DNA of 64,000 bases, from the NCBI GenBank assembly GCA_964400735.1, contig CAYNVQ010000004.1:315042-379041 (forward strand), read 5' to 3'. This document shows, piece after piece, positions 27,469 to 37,166 of the stretch. Each line of letters begins with the position of its first letter. Positions within the stretch are counted from its first letter, which is position 1. The notes beneath the pieces were generated by a model. That model ran no database searches. It had not been told where the DNA came from and saw nothing but the letters and a program-made list of their open reading frames with translations. Source of the stretch: an uncultured Eubacteriales bacterium. GTDB taxonomy: Bacteria; Acidobacteriota; Aminicenantia; Aminicenantales; Aminicenantaceae. The position numbers were made by a program, and so were the translations under genes.

Positions 27469-29802
27469 TCAGTGATTTATATCAACTTCATCCTGCCAGT
27501 AGCGGAGCTTTCCGAGGCCTCCTTTATCCGGACTCCCGTCGAAGGCTAGCCCGTAATAAGAGGATTTTGCTTCGATCAACAATTTGTCTTTATAGAAAGC
27601 TTTGGTCAAGTTCACGATGGTGTAAGAGATTTTGGAATCCCTTAGGGAAGCATAGAGGAGATCTCCGTTGGTTTCAAAATCTCCGTAAGCGATTTTACCG
27701 GCCTCGTAAGTGTAGCGTGGCCGCCGCCAGTCGCGGGAAATATCCATCCGCAGATCGTTTTTCACTCCGACAGTAATGACGCGCCCGCCCAGATCTATCT
27801 CGACTCCCAGACCTGCTCTTTCGGGCCCGGTTACAATCGGATGGATCTTATCCAGCCATTTTTCTGGAGACTCCTGCTTGGAATGAGGAATGAGCAGGGT
27901 AATGAAACCTGCAGTTTCGCCCAGTTCGAAATGTTGAGACGCAGTCTGGTGGATGAGGATTTCGTCTTGATAATGCCGTTTTTCCGGCTCTGTTCCTTCC
28001 AGCCTGAAATGGGTCATGGGAAAGAGTATGAGCAGATTTTTATCTGTAGAAAGTTCCTGATTGCGAATTTTTTCATAGACCGTATCGAACCAGTGTTCTC
28101 CCTGGGATAGGATTTTCTGTGTATGCCATAGATTGGCCAGAGTGAAATATTCTTCTCTGTGGGCTTTGAATATATCGAAAACGATAAAAAGCTCAGGGTT
28201 CTTGATATAAACGACCGCACGGTCCCATTCATAGCCAGTGCCTTCATCTAGGAGCCGGGTGCGGCTGTAATCGAAATCTTCCAGGGTCAGGAAGTCAGCT
28301 TTCTGGGTACGGACCCTCCTGTATGAGCCTGCATTATGGAGGAAATCGAGGATTTTTTGACCCGGAATAGAATCCCGGATGCTGTAGCGGTATTCTCCTT
28401 CCTTCTGCCCCATCCAGATTTTCTCGGGTCTCACGCACAGGCGGTTATGAAAGTAATCCTGACGATAGGCACCATACGGACCGGAGGGCATGTAATCCCG
28501 GTATCCACCGTCGTGAAGAAGGACGGAACCTCCGGACATCAGAAGGACAAGACTGTTTTCGTCTGAGTGGCCATGCGTCATTTTTTCTTCCTCCACCGGA
28601 ATGGTATCCCTCAGGTAATCCCGGAAGTTCAGGCCCCCGTCACCCTCATCCCTATAATTCAGGAGAAAATAGGTCGAATCGGATTCCCATCCGTTCCGAA
28701 ACACGATCTTTTTTCCCTGCACATCCTCCATCACCTCTCCTGAGAGGGCCTCTGGAGCGTGGACTTCAATATCATCGCTTCCCCAGAGATAACAATCCAA
28801 TAGATTATAGGCAAGACCGGTGTTTGTGGCGTTGTCGAAATCGATGAATTTTCGGGCGATGGTGGCGGCCGCCCATTTCATTCTGGGGTCCTTATAGTGC
28901 TTAGCCGCTGCTTCGAAAAAGACCAGAAACCGCTGCCAGTTGGACATCCAATCGGCGTCCCCGAAATCGGGGATCATTCCTGCTGGACACATCAGGTGAA
29001 GAAAATAATGAGCATAGTAATACATCTCGGGGGTCGAGAACAGCTCACTCAATTTTCCCATAGCGTCTGCATATCCCAACAGTGCATACAGCCAGACACC
29101 ATGGTATATGGTGGCATCCTCGATCTCCCAGTTTCCCCAGTTGTCATCTCCCAGTGCTTTTCTCTGCATATCCCACTTTTGGGCATTTGGGTGTTGAGGC
29201 AGGGCACGCACAGCCCAGGCCAAAGATTCGGCTCGAAGTGCAGCCCGGTTCATCGGCCCCCATTCCTGGGTTTGGAGAAGGTAATTCAGGCTGTGGGCAA
29301 TATCCCGTTGAATTTTTAGATCTTCATCCGGGTTGAAGGCTCCGCATTTTTTAAGTGTGTCATAAGCCCTGATGAATCTCATCACGGTGAAAAAATCAGG
29401 CAATACAGGAACACCATTCCCGTAGTCTGGACGTCTTTCTCTGGCCCAGTCCGGGTAAGCCGAGCGATAGTCGGCATAGGTAAGGAGTATCTTTTTCGCA
29501 CGCGAGGAAAATTCATGATTGGGAGCCTGTTTGTTGAGGGAGGCATAGATGACAGCCATTTCCAGAAGACCTCCTGGAGGTCGGTAGCCAAAAACGCTTT
29601 CTGGGTCGAATCCTTTCTTCCAACGTTGGATCAAGCTATCGAGGTGAGTCCAAGCGTAATCTGCAGCTTGGCGGGCGTACTCCAGATATTGGGCACGAGG
29701 GATGGCTTCCACAGCGAATCCCCGGGATTGGATAGAGCTCAAAAAGAATCCAAAAATCAAGAAACAAAAGAATAGCCTTTTCCTAGACCTTATGGTTGAC
29801 AT
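27469..29802 (-). CDS. exported heparinase II/III-like polysaccharide lyase family protein
   Basis: A signal peptide is present. The HGHSDENSLVLLMSGGSVLLHDGGY motif is typical of the heparinase II/III C-terminal domain. The N-terminal region is an alpha/alpha toroid-like helical region. Confidence 0.6.
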   Translation of the reverse strand: MSTIRSRKRLFFCFLIFGFFLSSIQSRGFAVEAIPRAQYLEYARQAADYAWTHLDSLIQRWKKGFDPESVFGYRPPGGLLEMAVIYASLNKQAPNHEFSSRAKKILLTYADYRSAYPDWARERRPDYGNGVPVLPDFFTVMRFIRAYDTLKKCGAFNPDEDLKIQRDIAHSLNYLLQTQEWGPMNRAALRAESLAWAVRALPQHPNAQKWDMQRKALGDDNWGNWEIEDATIYHGVWLYALLGYADAMGKLSELFSTPEMYYYAHYFLHLMCPAGMIPDFGDADWMSNWQRFLVFFEAAAKHYKDPRMKWAAATIARKFIDFDNATNTGLAYNLLDCYLWGSDDIEVHAPEALSGEVMEDVQGKKIVFRNGWESDSTYFLLNYRDEGDGGLNFRDYLRDTIPVEEEKMTHGHSDENSLVLLMSGGSVLLHDGGYRDYMPSGPYGAYRQDYFHNRLCVRPEKIWMGQKEGEYRYSIRDSIPGQKILDFLHNAGSYRRVRTQKADFLTLEDFDYSRTRLLDEGTGYEWDRAVVYIKNPELFIVFDIFKAHREEYFTLANLWHTQKILSQGEHWFDTVYEKIRNQELSTDKNLLILFPMTHFRLEGTEPEKRHYQDEILIHQTASQHFELGETAGFITLLIPHSKQESPEKWLDKIHPIVTGPERAGLGVEIDLGGRVITVGVKNDLRMDISRDWRRPRYTYEAGKIAYGDFETNGDLLYASLRDSKISYTIVNLTKAFYKDKLLIEAKSSYYGLAFDGSPDKGGLGKLRYWQDEVDINH

Positions 29803-29977
29803 AATCTCACTCCCTTACCAGATAGAAAATCATTTTTAAAGGCATAACTGGTTTTTTGTAAATGATTCAGGTCACTATTCTAGTACAAGATCGAATGGAT
29901 AATCCACCCCCATTCAGTATTCTGGTTTCTGTGGCGGATCTTTTGGAAGTCAGGCAGGCTGGTTAGGAAGCACTCAA

Positions 29978-30036
29978 GGCGGGCGGGTATGGAAAGCAAG
30001 CTTTAGTGGCAGGTTGAAGAGAGTGAACCGAGGAAT
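29978..30036 (-). repeat. intergenic repeat family A, copy A3 (inverted relative to A2)
   Basis: The reverse complement is ATTCCTCGGTTCACTCTCTTCAACCTGCCACTAAAGCTTGCTTTCCATACCCGCCCGCC. Confidence 0.8.
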
Positions 30037-30061
30037 GCAGGATGCTTCTCCCCAAATCAGT

Positions 30062-31309
30062 TCAATCGGCGATATAGCCCGCCCGGTATGTGACCTTATA
30101 ACTTTTCCCCTTTATTCTGACTTTGATATTCCTGAATTTCCCGTCAGCTATGTAATTTTTAGGTGAGTAATACAGAAGATAATAATTTTCTGAAGCATAG
30201 GCGGCCTTTTTGAACGCGGCAGATGCATTTGCAGAACTGTCGATAATCCCTCCCGTGTCTTCGGCTATTCTGAGAAATGCGTTGAACACATCCTCGGTTA
30301 TTTCCCGGTGTTTCAATCCTTGTTGAGAGCCCATTCTGGTCATATCGATCGAATCCATAACGGGCTTTGTGATGTAGAGAAAATGGGCCGATATGGAGGA
30401 ATCGGCGAAAAGGTTTTTTATGGTTTCCGTGTTAAAGGTAATGCTCTGAAGGATATCTGTTATATAGCTTTGAGAGGCTAAGGACATGCCTTCAGGCACT
30501 GTAGGATCGTAAATTTCAACCATTGGCGAAGTTCTATCGCTGTATTCGCCATAGAGCGGAATATTCTCCTGTTGATAAAAGAGAAAGACATGTTTCTGCC
30601 CTTCTTTGGCCTTTAGATAACTGGCAAATTCCTCCATTTTTTTTAAATCGACAAACCGGTACTGTTGAAGTTCCCTCAACGTTCTCATATAGCCGATGAA
30701 GCTGTCTTCTTCTGACTCAAGGGCATAATATTCGAGTTCCTGCATGAGAGCCTTGTATCTTCCGGAGGCCACTTCGATGTCTCTTCTCAACAGAAGCTGC
30801 ATTTTTTCCTTGATCACCTGGCTGGGAAGCTTATCCGATAGGGCTTTGGAGCTTAAGTTATAGGTTTTCAGCGGAGTAGCCACACTGAGGGTGTCTCCGG
30901 GGAGAAAAGTTTTCTTGAAAAAATATTCTAGAATTTCGTTGATCTTTGGGAGATATTCATGCATTGAGAAAATGAAAACGAAGTTTCGGGAAACTTTTGG
31001 GGCGAATTTTTTTTCCGTTTCCTCTTCGATTTCTTCTTTTTCGATCTGTGTCTTTTTGATCAAGTAAACGGCTTCAATTTTTTGAAGTTTCCCTTCTTCA
31101 TATAGCTCAAAGTCCTCCAAAGTCAGGTTATCGATAAAAGTGTCACCTTTGAAGACCCGTACCGGAACTTCGACATTGATGGCCAGAGCCTTTTCTTGGA
31201 TGGTTTCGTCGATTTCCTGGCCTTTAGCCATAAAAAAACTTGGGATAATCATAAGGATAAGGAAAATCGCAGGGAGAAGAAAAGTGATCTTCTTAATAAT
31301 TTGTCTCAT
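30062..31309 (-). CDS. exported VWA-like protein (TIGR03436-like), paralogue of 18816-20045
   Basis: INVEVPVRVFKGDTFIDNLTLEDFELYEEGKLQKIEAVYLIKK and ENYYLLYYSPKNYIADGKFRNIKVRIKGKSYKVTYRAGYIAD align closely with the 18.8 kb paralogue. Confidence 0.7.
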   Translation of the reverse strand: MRQIIKKITFLLPAIFLILMIIPSFFMAKGQEIDETIQEKALAINVEVPVRVFKGDTFIDNLTLEDFELYEEGKLQKIEAVYLIKKTQIEKEEIEEETEKKFAPKVSRNFVFIFSMHEYLPKINEILEYFFKKTFLPGDTLSVATPLKTYNLSSKALSDKLPSQVIKEKMQLLLRRDIEVASGRYKALMQELEYYALESEEDSFIGYMRTLRELQQYRFVDLKKMEEFASYLKAKEGQKHVFLFYQQENIPLYGEYSDRTSPMVEIYDPTVPEGMSLASQSYITDILQSITFNTETIKNLFADSSISAHFLYITKPVMDSIDMTRMGSQQGLKHREITEDVFNAFLRIAEDTGGIIDSSANASAAFKKAAYASENYYLLYYSPKNYIADGKFRNIKVRIKGKSYKVTYRAGYIAD

Positions 31310-31606
31310 ACTTTATCCATTCAATAAACAACAATCGATTCATCATTTCTTATGATACTCGATGTGGACGCTATCTCCAAGTGATAATGATCTAGGAAAC
31401 TGAGTCGGCCATGTCATTTTCTTTTTTTTCTTTTTCGCTTGATTATGGTTTATTATAGGAATTCACCTCTGTGTGATGCGTGTAGTCTCACAGAGAGAAA
31501 GATTCAGAGGCAACCCTTAGCTGAAATAAAAGGATTAACCTGAATCGATCATTATGATTGTCTGGTCAGGTCGAAAATTTAGGCTAAACAAAAGGAAAGG
31601 TCAGAC

Positions 31607-33022
31607 ATGGATATCACAAATTTAGAATTATCACCTCAAGTCATGCAGCGGATGGGGGAGACGGCTTTGCACGCCGTTATCGAGCATATCCGCAATTTGC
31701 CTGGATCATCGTGCAACGAACTGGATAAATTTCCTCAAATTTCCGGTTCCTTATTGGAAGGGCCTCCAGAGAAGGGAATGGATTTTGAGGACATTCTCGA
31801 TTTCTTGATGAAAAAAGCGATCCCTGCTTCCATCACCCACCCTCATCCATCCTTTATGGGCTACATTCCTGGAGGAGGGTTGTTCCCTTCGGCGATTGCC
31901 GATTTCATTGCGGCCGCCACAAATCGATATGTCGGTGTCAGTTTCGCTGCTCCGGCGTTAGCAAGCATAGAGAGGATTGTCTTGGATTGGTTCGCCCGAT
32001 GGATGGGCTATCCCGATTCCACCCGCGGCATTTTGACCTCCGGGGGCTCTTTGGCTAATTTTAGCGCTGTTGTCACGGCCCGCAAACATCTGCTGGGAGA
32101 TAAACTCGAGAAGGGAACGATCTATATGTCCGACCAGACACACCATTGTGTAGCCAAAGTGGCGAAACTTGCCGGAATTCCGGAGAAAAACATCAGAAAA
32201 TTAGAAACAGATGAAAATTTCCATGCGGTTCCGGAATATTTTGAGATGGCCATCAAGAAGGATCTCGACGAAGGAATGAAACCCTTTCTGCTGGTGGGCA
32301 ATGCCGGAACCACGAATACGGGTGCCGTCGATCCTTTGATGGATTTGGGGGAGGTGGCCAGGGAATTTGGATTATGGTACCACCTTGATGCGGCCTACGG
32401 AGGGTTTTTCAATATCTGTCCTGAAGGGCAAAAAGTGCTCAGGGGAATCGAGGATTCCGATTCCGTCGTGCTCGATCCCCACAAAGGCCTTTTTGTGCCC
32501 TACGGGACAGGAAGCCTGTTGGTCAAGAGGGGGGAACTCCTCCGGAAGGCCCATGCGATGGCGGCTGATTACATACAGGATCATCCTCTATCGGAGGACG
32601 ACTGGGATACTGCGGACTACTCTCCCGAGCTGTCCCGTTCTTTTCGGGGACTGCGCGTCTGGCTTCCCCTGAAGTATTATGGTGTCCAAGCCTTCCGGGA
32701 AAATCTTATCGAAAAACTACACCTGACGCAGTGGATGTATCGGCGCTTCGAGGAAGAGCCTAAATTTGAGTGTTTGAGCCCCCCGGATCTTTCGGCCATC
32801 GCTTTTCGATATCATCCCCAAAAAGGAGATAGGGAAGCCTTCAACCGTCTGTTGTTGAAAGCATTGGTGGCGAGCAAAAAGCTCTACCTCTCCTCTACCT
32901 TATTGAACGGCGAGTTCGTTATCCGTGTTTGCATTCTTACTTTCCGTACCCATAAATCCGAGGTGGAAAATGCTTTCGAGCTTATCCGGAGTACAGCCAG
33001 GCGATTAGAGGCGGATGCTTAG
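31607..33022 (+). CDS. group II pyridoxal-phosphate-dependent amino-acid decarboxylase
   Basis: TSGGSLANFSAVVTAR and HLDAAYGG are present, and the PLP-lysine motif is VLDPHKGLFVPYG. Confidence 0.85.
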   Translation: MDITNLELSPQVMQRMGETALHAVIEHIRNLPGSSCNELDKFPQISGSLLEGPPEKGMDFEDILDFLMKKAIPASITHPHPSFMGYIPGGGLFPSAIADFIAAATNRYVGVSFAAPALASIERIVLDWFARWMGYPDSTRGILTSGGSLANFSAVVTARKHLLGDKLEKGTIYMSDQTHHCVAKVAKLAGIPEKNIRKLETDENFHAVPEYFEMAIKKDLDEGMKPFLLVGNAGTTNTGAVDPLMDLGEVAREFGLWYHLDAAYGGFFNICPEGQKVLRGIEDSDSVVLDPHKGLFVPYGTGSLLVKRGELLRKAHAMAADYIQDHPLSEDDWDTADYSPELSRSFRGLRVWLPLKYYGVQAFRENLIEKLHLTQWMYRRFEEEPKFECLSPPDLSAIAFRYHPQKGDREAFNRLLLKALVASKKLYLSSTLLNGEFVIRVCILTFRTHKSEVENAFELIRSTARRLEADA

Positions 33023-33097
33023 GATAGACTTGTCCCTCAAAATGAATGGGATTCGCTCGGATATCGAATTTTAGGGATGGAGAGATTCGGCCCCGTC

Positions 33098-33763
33098 TTA
33101 TTCGAAAACCTTTTTAAGGATATCCACGATCTCGAGGGCGTACTCCACTTCGGTCAGAGGGATTCCTTTTTCCTTGGCAATGTTGGTAAATCGTCCGTCT
33201 TTATTGCTGTCGGCGACCACGATGATGTAGTCGGCAAAGGGGGCCACCGCATCGATCATCCGCTCGTTGTCGCTTCCCGGGGCACCTCTTCCGGATGTCC
33301 CGGCTGCATGGAGGGCGATGACAAAAATATTGTTCTGTTGGCAGTATTCGATGATCTTTTCCAATCGGTTGACTTCTGCTTCGACGGTTAAACCGGAAGC
33401 TCCCATTCCTTTCAAGCTGGCACCGATAGCAAAAATGATGGTTTTATAGGGAGTGCCCTTGGGATAGGCGTCTAAGTCCGTGTTCACCTCGACATGAAAG
33501 CCCGGACCTGATTCCTTGTCGGCAAGACCGACCCCTGATTTGACAAGTTCTACAGAAGGGGCGTCACAGTAATCATATGGTATACCCGCTTCTTCACAAA
33601 TGACATTCAAGGTATCGACATCCGTACTCTGTCCCGCAGAGGTCGTGAGCACCGGGAGATTGGCCTTAGGAACATCCGATTGAGCCGCCGCCAAGGAAGA
33701 TAAAAAGAAGATGAGGCCCAAAAGCAACGAAAAGGACAGGATTGATTTTTTCAGTATTTTCAT
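33098..33763 (-). CDS. exported hypothetical alpha/beta protein
   Basis: A signal peptide is present (LSSLAAAQS). No family is recognised with confidence. It lies downstream of the C69 peptidase on the same strand. Confidence 0.5.
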   Translation of the reverse strand: MKILKKSILSFSLLLGLIFFLSSLAAAQSDVPKANLPVLTTSAGQSTDVDTLNVICEEAGIPYDYCDAPSVELVKSGVGLADKESGPGFHVEVNTDLDAYPKGTPYKTIIFAIGASLKGMGASGLTVEAEVNRLEKIIEYCQQNNIFVIALHAAGTSGRGAPGSDNERMIDAVAPFADYIIVVADSNKDGRFTNIAKEKGIPLTEVEYALEIVDILKKVFE

Positions 33764-33847
33764 CTTTTTATTTCTCCTTTTATGATTTTGACTGGTTTTT
33801 CCAGAATTTATTCAGGTTATCTTCTCGAATGATTCGAAACCCTTTTG

Positions 33848-35608
33848 TTACTCTTCCTGGGGCTTTAATTTATCATACTCGATGATTTTTTTTAGCCACC
33901 AATCCGGATACTGGATACGGTTGAATTCCCGGGTCTTCACATCGTAGATGAACATCTTGTTGTACTTGACGAACAGATCATCACCCAGTTTCCACCAGGC
34001 ATCCACCACGCTGTTGGCGTTGTTCAGGCAGTAATCGGTCAAAAACTCCTTGGCTTGGGCAGGATTCTTTTTGAACAGCTCACCGGCGATTTGGTCGATG
34101 ACCGGCAGCTTGTCCATCGCAGCGCCCTCCCACTTTTCCTGGACTTTTCGTACATCCTCTATAGCCAGAGAATATGCCACGTTGGTGTGGAAATCCACGT
34201 AGTCGAACGCCCATCTGGCCGATTCCCGGTTGAATTCCCAGTGGTCTCCTATCTCGAAGGAATGGGGGATTCCGTTGATCCCGGCATAAAGGGGCATGAA
34301 GCAGGAGGTGTCCTGGGCTCCGAAAGCCAGCCATACGATTCCTCCGATGGGGTGGGGAAGCCACCCTCTAGACTGGGTGACGGTCACATACTCGGCCCGG
34401 TTGTCGCTGATGAATCGCTTGGTGTTGAAGTGTTCTCCTTCGAAGTCATAGGGTCTGGTCAGGTAGTTGGGGTTGGAGAAAGGACCTGCTTGGATGGTGT
34501 ATCTCAGATCGAACATGGTATCATGGTATTTATCCCGGGTGAGCGCGATGACATCCTCGGCCGACAATTTTTTATCCGGTTTCACAGAAAAGGGAAGATC
34601 AAAGTTGAGTGTATCTGCACTGAATTTTTGGGAAGGCGCGACAAGGTCGAAGAACCGCCACAGACGGGCGTGCCACCCTCTGGTGTTGACGGCGCTGCCT
34701 TCACTATCTTCTTTGGTGGCATATGCTTTTTTCCAGTTAAAGGGCTCGCCACTATCAGGGTTATAGTACCCTTTTTCGACAGCGTAGGAGACGGCGTTGG
34801 GGGAGGCCAGGAAATAGTCGGGATTGTCCAGGTCGATCTCTCCAATACGCGACTCATTCGGACACACGCTGACATGATCGTCGGGAACCCTTTGGGCACA
34901 CCATACAGCGCCAGGCTTGCCGCTCTTCGGCGTCCAAAGCGGACCTACGGGCATGATTTCGAAGATCCACACTTCTTTAGTATCGGCCACAGCCAGCATC
35001 TCTCCGGTATCGGTGAATCCGTAACCATACTGTTCACCCAGCGATCCCATGAGCTTGACGGCTTCCCGTGCTGTTTTGCACCGCTCCATGGCTAGCAGGG
35101 TCAGCATGGTGATGTCGAATTTTGCGGAAGGGGTGGGGTTGTTCATCTCATTTCGGCATCCGATGGTCGATTCTCCCATGGCCAGTTGTTGATCGTTCAT
35201 GTACCCGAACGCTCCATGGAGATAAGCGTAGGTATGCTCTACCTGGGGGATTTCGACGCCGGTGAAGTTGTTTTTGTAAATTTCCCATTTCAGACCCTGT
35301 TCCGGAGGAAAGGTTTTGAACTGGTCGATATGATAGATCTTCTGGGTGGATTTTGGTTCGTGATCTGCAGCGGGCACATACCGCCAGGTCCAGTCACACA
35401 ATCCGCAGTCGCAGGTATGGGTTGTCATCACCGAGCCATCGACCGAAGCGTCCTTTCCGACGATGATGACCGTGCAGGCATCCAGGGGTTTTTCGAGAAT
35501 GGCCCTATCAATACCATTTCCCTCTGAGGGTGAAAAGGCTAGGATGATCGCCACGGCCGCGGTGGCAAACAAGATACAGCTAAAAACCAGGATCTTTTTT
35601 TTCGTCAC
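33848..35608 (-). CDS. exported C69-family (Ntn-hydrolase) dipeptidase
   Basis: I place the start at GTG 35608 after a GGGAGG RBS, giving a signal anchor. The motif CTVIIVGKDASVDGSVMTTHTCD resembles the C69 N-terminal nucleophile region. The longer ORF-track start at 35653 lies inside a repeat element. Confidence 0.8.
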   Translation of the reverse strand: MTKKKILVFSCILFATAAVAIILAFSPSEGNGIDRAILEKPLDACTVIIVGKDASVDGSVMTTHTCDCGLCDWTWRYVPAADHEPKSTQKIYHIDQFKTFPPEQGLKWEIYKNNFTGVEIPQVEHTYAYLHGAFGYMNDQQLAMGESTIGCRNEMNNPTPSAKFDITMLTLLAMERCKTAREAVKLMGSLGEQYGYGFTDTGEMLAVADTKEVWIFEIMPVGPLWTPKSGKPGAVWCAQRVPDDHVSVCPNESRIGEIDLDNPDYFLASPNAVSYAVEKGYYNPDSGEPFNWKKAYATKEDSEGSAVNTRGWHARLWRFFDLVAPSQKFSADTLNFDLPFSVKPDKKLSAEDVIALTRDKYHDTMFDLRYTIQAGPFSNPNYLTRPYDFEGEHFNTKRFISDNRAEYVTVTQSRGWLPHPIGGIVWLAFGAQDTSCFMPLYAGINGIPHSFEIGDHWEFNRESARWAFDYVDFHTNVAYSLAIEDVRKVQEKWEGAAMDKLPVIDQIAGELFKKNPAQAKEFLTDYCLNNANSVVDAWWKLGDDLFVKYNKMFIYDVKTREFNRIQYPDWWLKKIIEYDKLKPQEE

Positions 35609-35635
35609 TTTGTCCTCCCTTTGGTAAAAGATTGA

Positions 35636-35705
35636 GCTTTGACCCAAAGTCATGGGAAATTAAATGCAGATCTTGGTGCAAGGCAATGCCGGAGCGGAAT
35701 TGAAT
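35636..35705 (-). repeat. intergenic repeat family B, copy B4 (inverted partner of B3)
   Basis: The reverse complement reads ATTCAATTCCGCTCCGGCATTGCCTTGCACCAAGATCTGCATTTAATTTCCCATGACTTTGGGTCAAAGC, closely matching B2. Confidence 0.8.
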
Positions 35706-35732
35706 GGCGTAAGAAAACTGAACTGGAGCGAA

Positions 35733-35786
35733 GACATTTCCCTGCACCTTAGAGTTATTCCTCATTCCCGTCCCTTTGGGAAAGCC
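35733..35786 (+). repeat. intergenic repeat family B, copy B3
   Basis: GACATTTCCCTGCACCTTAGAGTTATTCCTCATTCCCGTCCCTTTGGGAAAGCC matches the 3' part of B1 and B2. Together with B4 it forms an inverted pair about 150 bp long. Confidence 0.7.
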
Positions 35787-35817
35787 TCTAAGATTTTATT
35801 GATGAATATATGGGCAT

Positions 35818-36999
35818 TCAATTCAAATAGATTCTTTTCGGGTCCGCCTCGTCGGGATCGTGGTAGTAATACCCCACGCCGTTTTTGACCACCTCGGCGT
35901 ATTTCGGCACATTTTCGACAGATATGGGCTTATCCGGAAATTTTTTGCTGTATTGACGCATCAGCTCCAATACCACCGAACAGTGCTGTCCCACCCTTTT
36001 GGCCATGGGCCATCCTGTCTCATCATACGGCACGAACAGTTTCCCTTCCTTTGCCAGGCTCAACAGGAAGGGGTCCTTGCCATCTAGAAGAAGTTCCACG
36101 GTTTTCGGTCCTGTTGGCTGGTCGAGAAAGGGGATGGGTGCTTCCAGAAGAAAGGGCATGGCATCCGAATAATCGCCGATCTCCCGGTGGGAAAGCCCCC
36201 TGAACCCGGTAGGGGAGGGTTCGACATGGTTGTCGAATTTTTCCATGGCCTTGACCGTTAAAGAGGTCAGGGTAGCGATCCGTGTGGATTTGTCGGGCGC
36301 TACGATACAGTTGGTGACCGGGAACATGGTCTCCGCTCCATGGAGATCGATGGCCACATCCACATTTTCCTCCCGGATGACCTGCATGGCCGCATAGGTC
36401 ACCTTTTCCATGAGCGGCCCGTTCGGCCTTCCCGGCCAGGTGCGGTTGGTGTTGCGGGCGTCGATGAAGGAGAGGAGCTGCCTGTCGGGGTAGTGGATAT
36501 AAACATCCGGATCAGGCCATTGGTCCAGCCAGGAAGCATCCCTGTTCCCCATCCGGAACTTTTTGCTTCCCCACTCCGTTGCGATCTCGAAATAGAGTGG
36601 ATAGCCATCTCCAGGCCGGGTGTTCAGGCTGGCGCTGTGGTTGAATTCAGGAATGATGATCAGGGTCCCTTTTTCCACCACGGCATTTTCGAGAAAGATT
36701 AAACTGGAGAGGATGGCGGCCGGCTCGTTGGCATGGGTGTTGGCCATTATCAATACTTTTCCGCCCTCTTCTCTGCCTTTAAGGAAGAACACATAGGTGT
36801 CGGCCATGGTTCCCTTGAGGCCTGGGCAATAATCGCTCAATTTTTTGACCTGCGAAATGCCGGGTCCGGCCACAAGAGGCAGTTGGAAATGCCGGTGCCT
36901 GTAAAGATCCACTCCCCCCACTATCATCAAGGCTCCTATGAGAGCCAGAAACACGATCTTTGTTAGCCAAATGCGCTTCATCGTTTTTTCCGTTTTCAT
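35818..36999 (-). CDS. succinylglutamate desuccinylase/aspartoacylase (AstE/AspA, M14-like) family zinc hydrolase with an N-terminal membrane anchor
   Basis: MANTHANEPAA (zinc His/Glu region) and IDLHGAE are present. The N-terminal TM segment is IVFLALIGALMIVGG. Confidence 0.7.
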   Translation of the reverse strand: MKTEKTMKRIWLTKIVFLALIGALMIVGGVDLYRHRHFQLPLVAGPGISQVKKLSDYCPGLKGTMADTYVFFLKGREEGGKVLIMANTHANEPAAILSSLIFLENAVVEKGTLIIIPEFNHSASLNTRPGDGYPLYFEIATEWGSKKFRMGNRDASWLDQWPDPDVYIHYPDRQLLSFIDARNTNRTWPGRPNGPLMEKVTYAAMQVIREENVDVAIDLHGAETMFPVTNCIVAPDKSTRIATLTSLTVKAMEKFDNHVEPSPTGFRGLSHREIGDYSDAMPFLLEAPIPFLDQPTGPKTVELLLDGKDPFLLSLAKEGKLFVPYDETGWPMAKRVGQHCSVVLELMRQYSKKFPDKPISVENVPKYAEVVKNGVGYYYHDPDEADPKRIYLN

Positions 37000-37151
37000 T
37001 TAACCCGCAGCACCCTAAGAATGAGAGGGATCAGAACCAGCAGATAAAGGATCATATCATTGGCGCTTTTTTTCTCTTTGATAAAATTCCAAAGCAAGAT
37101 ACCTATCAGATAAACGCATATCACGTAATAGAAAATCATGATCAGAGGCAT
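36996..37151 (-). CDS. 51-aa two-TM membrane protein, below the ORF-track length cutoff
   Basis: My manual translation is MPLIMIFYYVICVYLIGILLWNFIKEKKSANDMILYLLVLIPLILRVLRVK. Its stop overlaps the next ATG (ATGA), and it starts 16 nt after the permease stop. Confidence 0.4.
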   Translation of the reverse strand: MPLIMIFYYVICVYLIGILLWNFIKEKKSANDMILYLLVLIPLILRVLRVK

Positions 37152-37166
37152 GGTTTCATCTCCCTG

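Noticed and set aside
35609-35653. N-terminal extensions MTLGQSSIFYQREDK (C69 gene) and MGQSHFFKRRLR (S9 gene, 43844-43879) given in the ORF track.
   Set aside because: Both extensions are translations of the family B repeat. Strong RBSs (GGGAGG and AAGGAGG) precede the internal GTG starts at 35608 and 43880, and those starts give proper signal peptides.
35680-35700. A sigma-54-like GGCATTGCCTTGCA in repeat copy B4.
   Set aside because: The GG-to-GC spacing is one nucleotide short of the -24/-12 consensus. The GG dinucleotide is absent from the other three copies (CGACATTTCCCTGC). No enhancer-binding protein gene is nearby.
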